Assembly: GCA_951406725.2 (NCBI GenBank)
Contig: OX597815.1
Coordinates: forward strand, 73,656,001 to 73,720,000
Length of the DNA: 64,000 nucleotides
Direction of reading: 5' to 3'
Source: Octopus vulgaris
Taxonomy: Eukaryota
Below are positions 63,811-64,000 of this stretch, piece after piece. The stretch's first letter is position 1. The number at the start of each line of letters is the position of its first letter. The translations under genes were made by a program, and so were the position numbers. The notes below the pieces were generated by a model that saw nothing but the letters and a program-made list of their open reading frames with translations, searched no databases and was not told the DNA's origin.

Positions 63811-64000
63811 CTGATGGAAAAAACAAAAGAATTCCTATTACTTACCGATTCTTTCACTCACTCACTTTCACTTGCTCCCCCTCTTTTTCTGTTTATCCAA
63901 CCAGCTGTACTCAACTATCTCCTGATATATCTTCCAATCTTCCTGTCTATGAATCTATCAGTCAGTATACACACACATAAATGAATGAGTATGTATGTGT

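Overview
AT-rich, repeat-dense eukaryotic genomic DNA. The repeat landscape (tRNA-derived SINEs with internal microsatellites, RTE-LINE tails ending in (GAT)n, very long (TA)n/(TG)n tracts) looks like an Octopus genome; that assignment is inference. The only securely identified gene is the 3' half of germ cell-less (gcl/GMCL1, a BTB-BACK CUL3 adaptor) on the minus strand. Seven coding exons (63673-63810, 63470-63539, 61506-61581, 60758-60819, 54945-55028, 53249-53336, 47892-48119) have GT-AG ends and matching phases and splice into one ORF; the 5' exons lie beyond the right edge. The rest is mostly nested, decayed transposable elements: mariner, pogo-like, hAT and piggyBac-like MITEs, a Helitron, RTE/CR1/L2/CRE-like LINE fragments, Penelope fragments and at least three SINE families. 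Points of interest: three minimal hammerhead-ribozyme-like motifs (one with a U3-A8 core variant), a hairpin-bearing VNTR and tandem array built from an RTE 3' UTR, an acidic C-terminal extension of GCL with a LIR-like motif, two CpG-retaining islands (one inside a gcl intron), and a possible second minus-strand transcription unit with several alternative first exons. Nearly all ORFs in the supplied track are microsatellite or TE artefacts. I found no convincing wholly new system; the findings are candidates. TE coordinates are approximate unless TIRs or TSDs are quoted.
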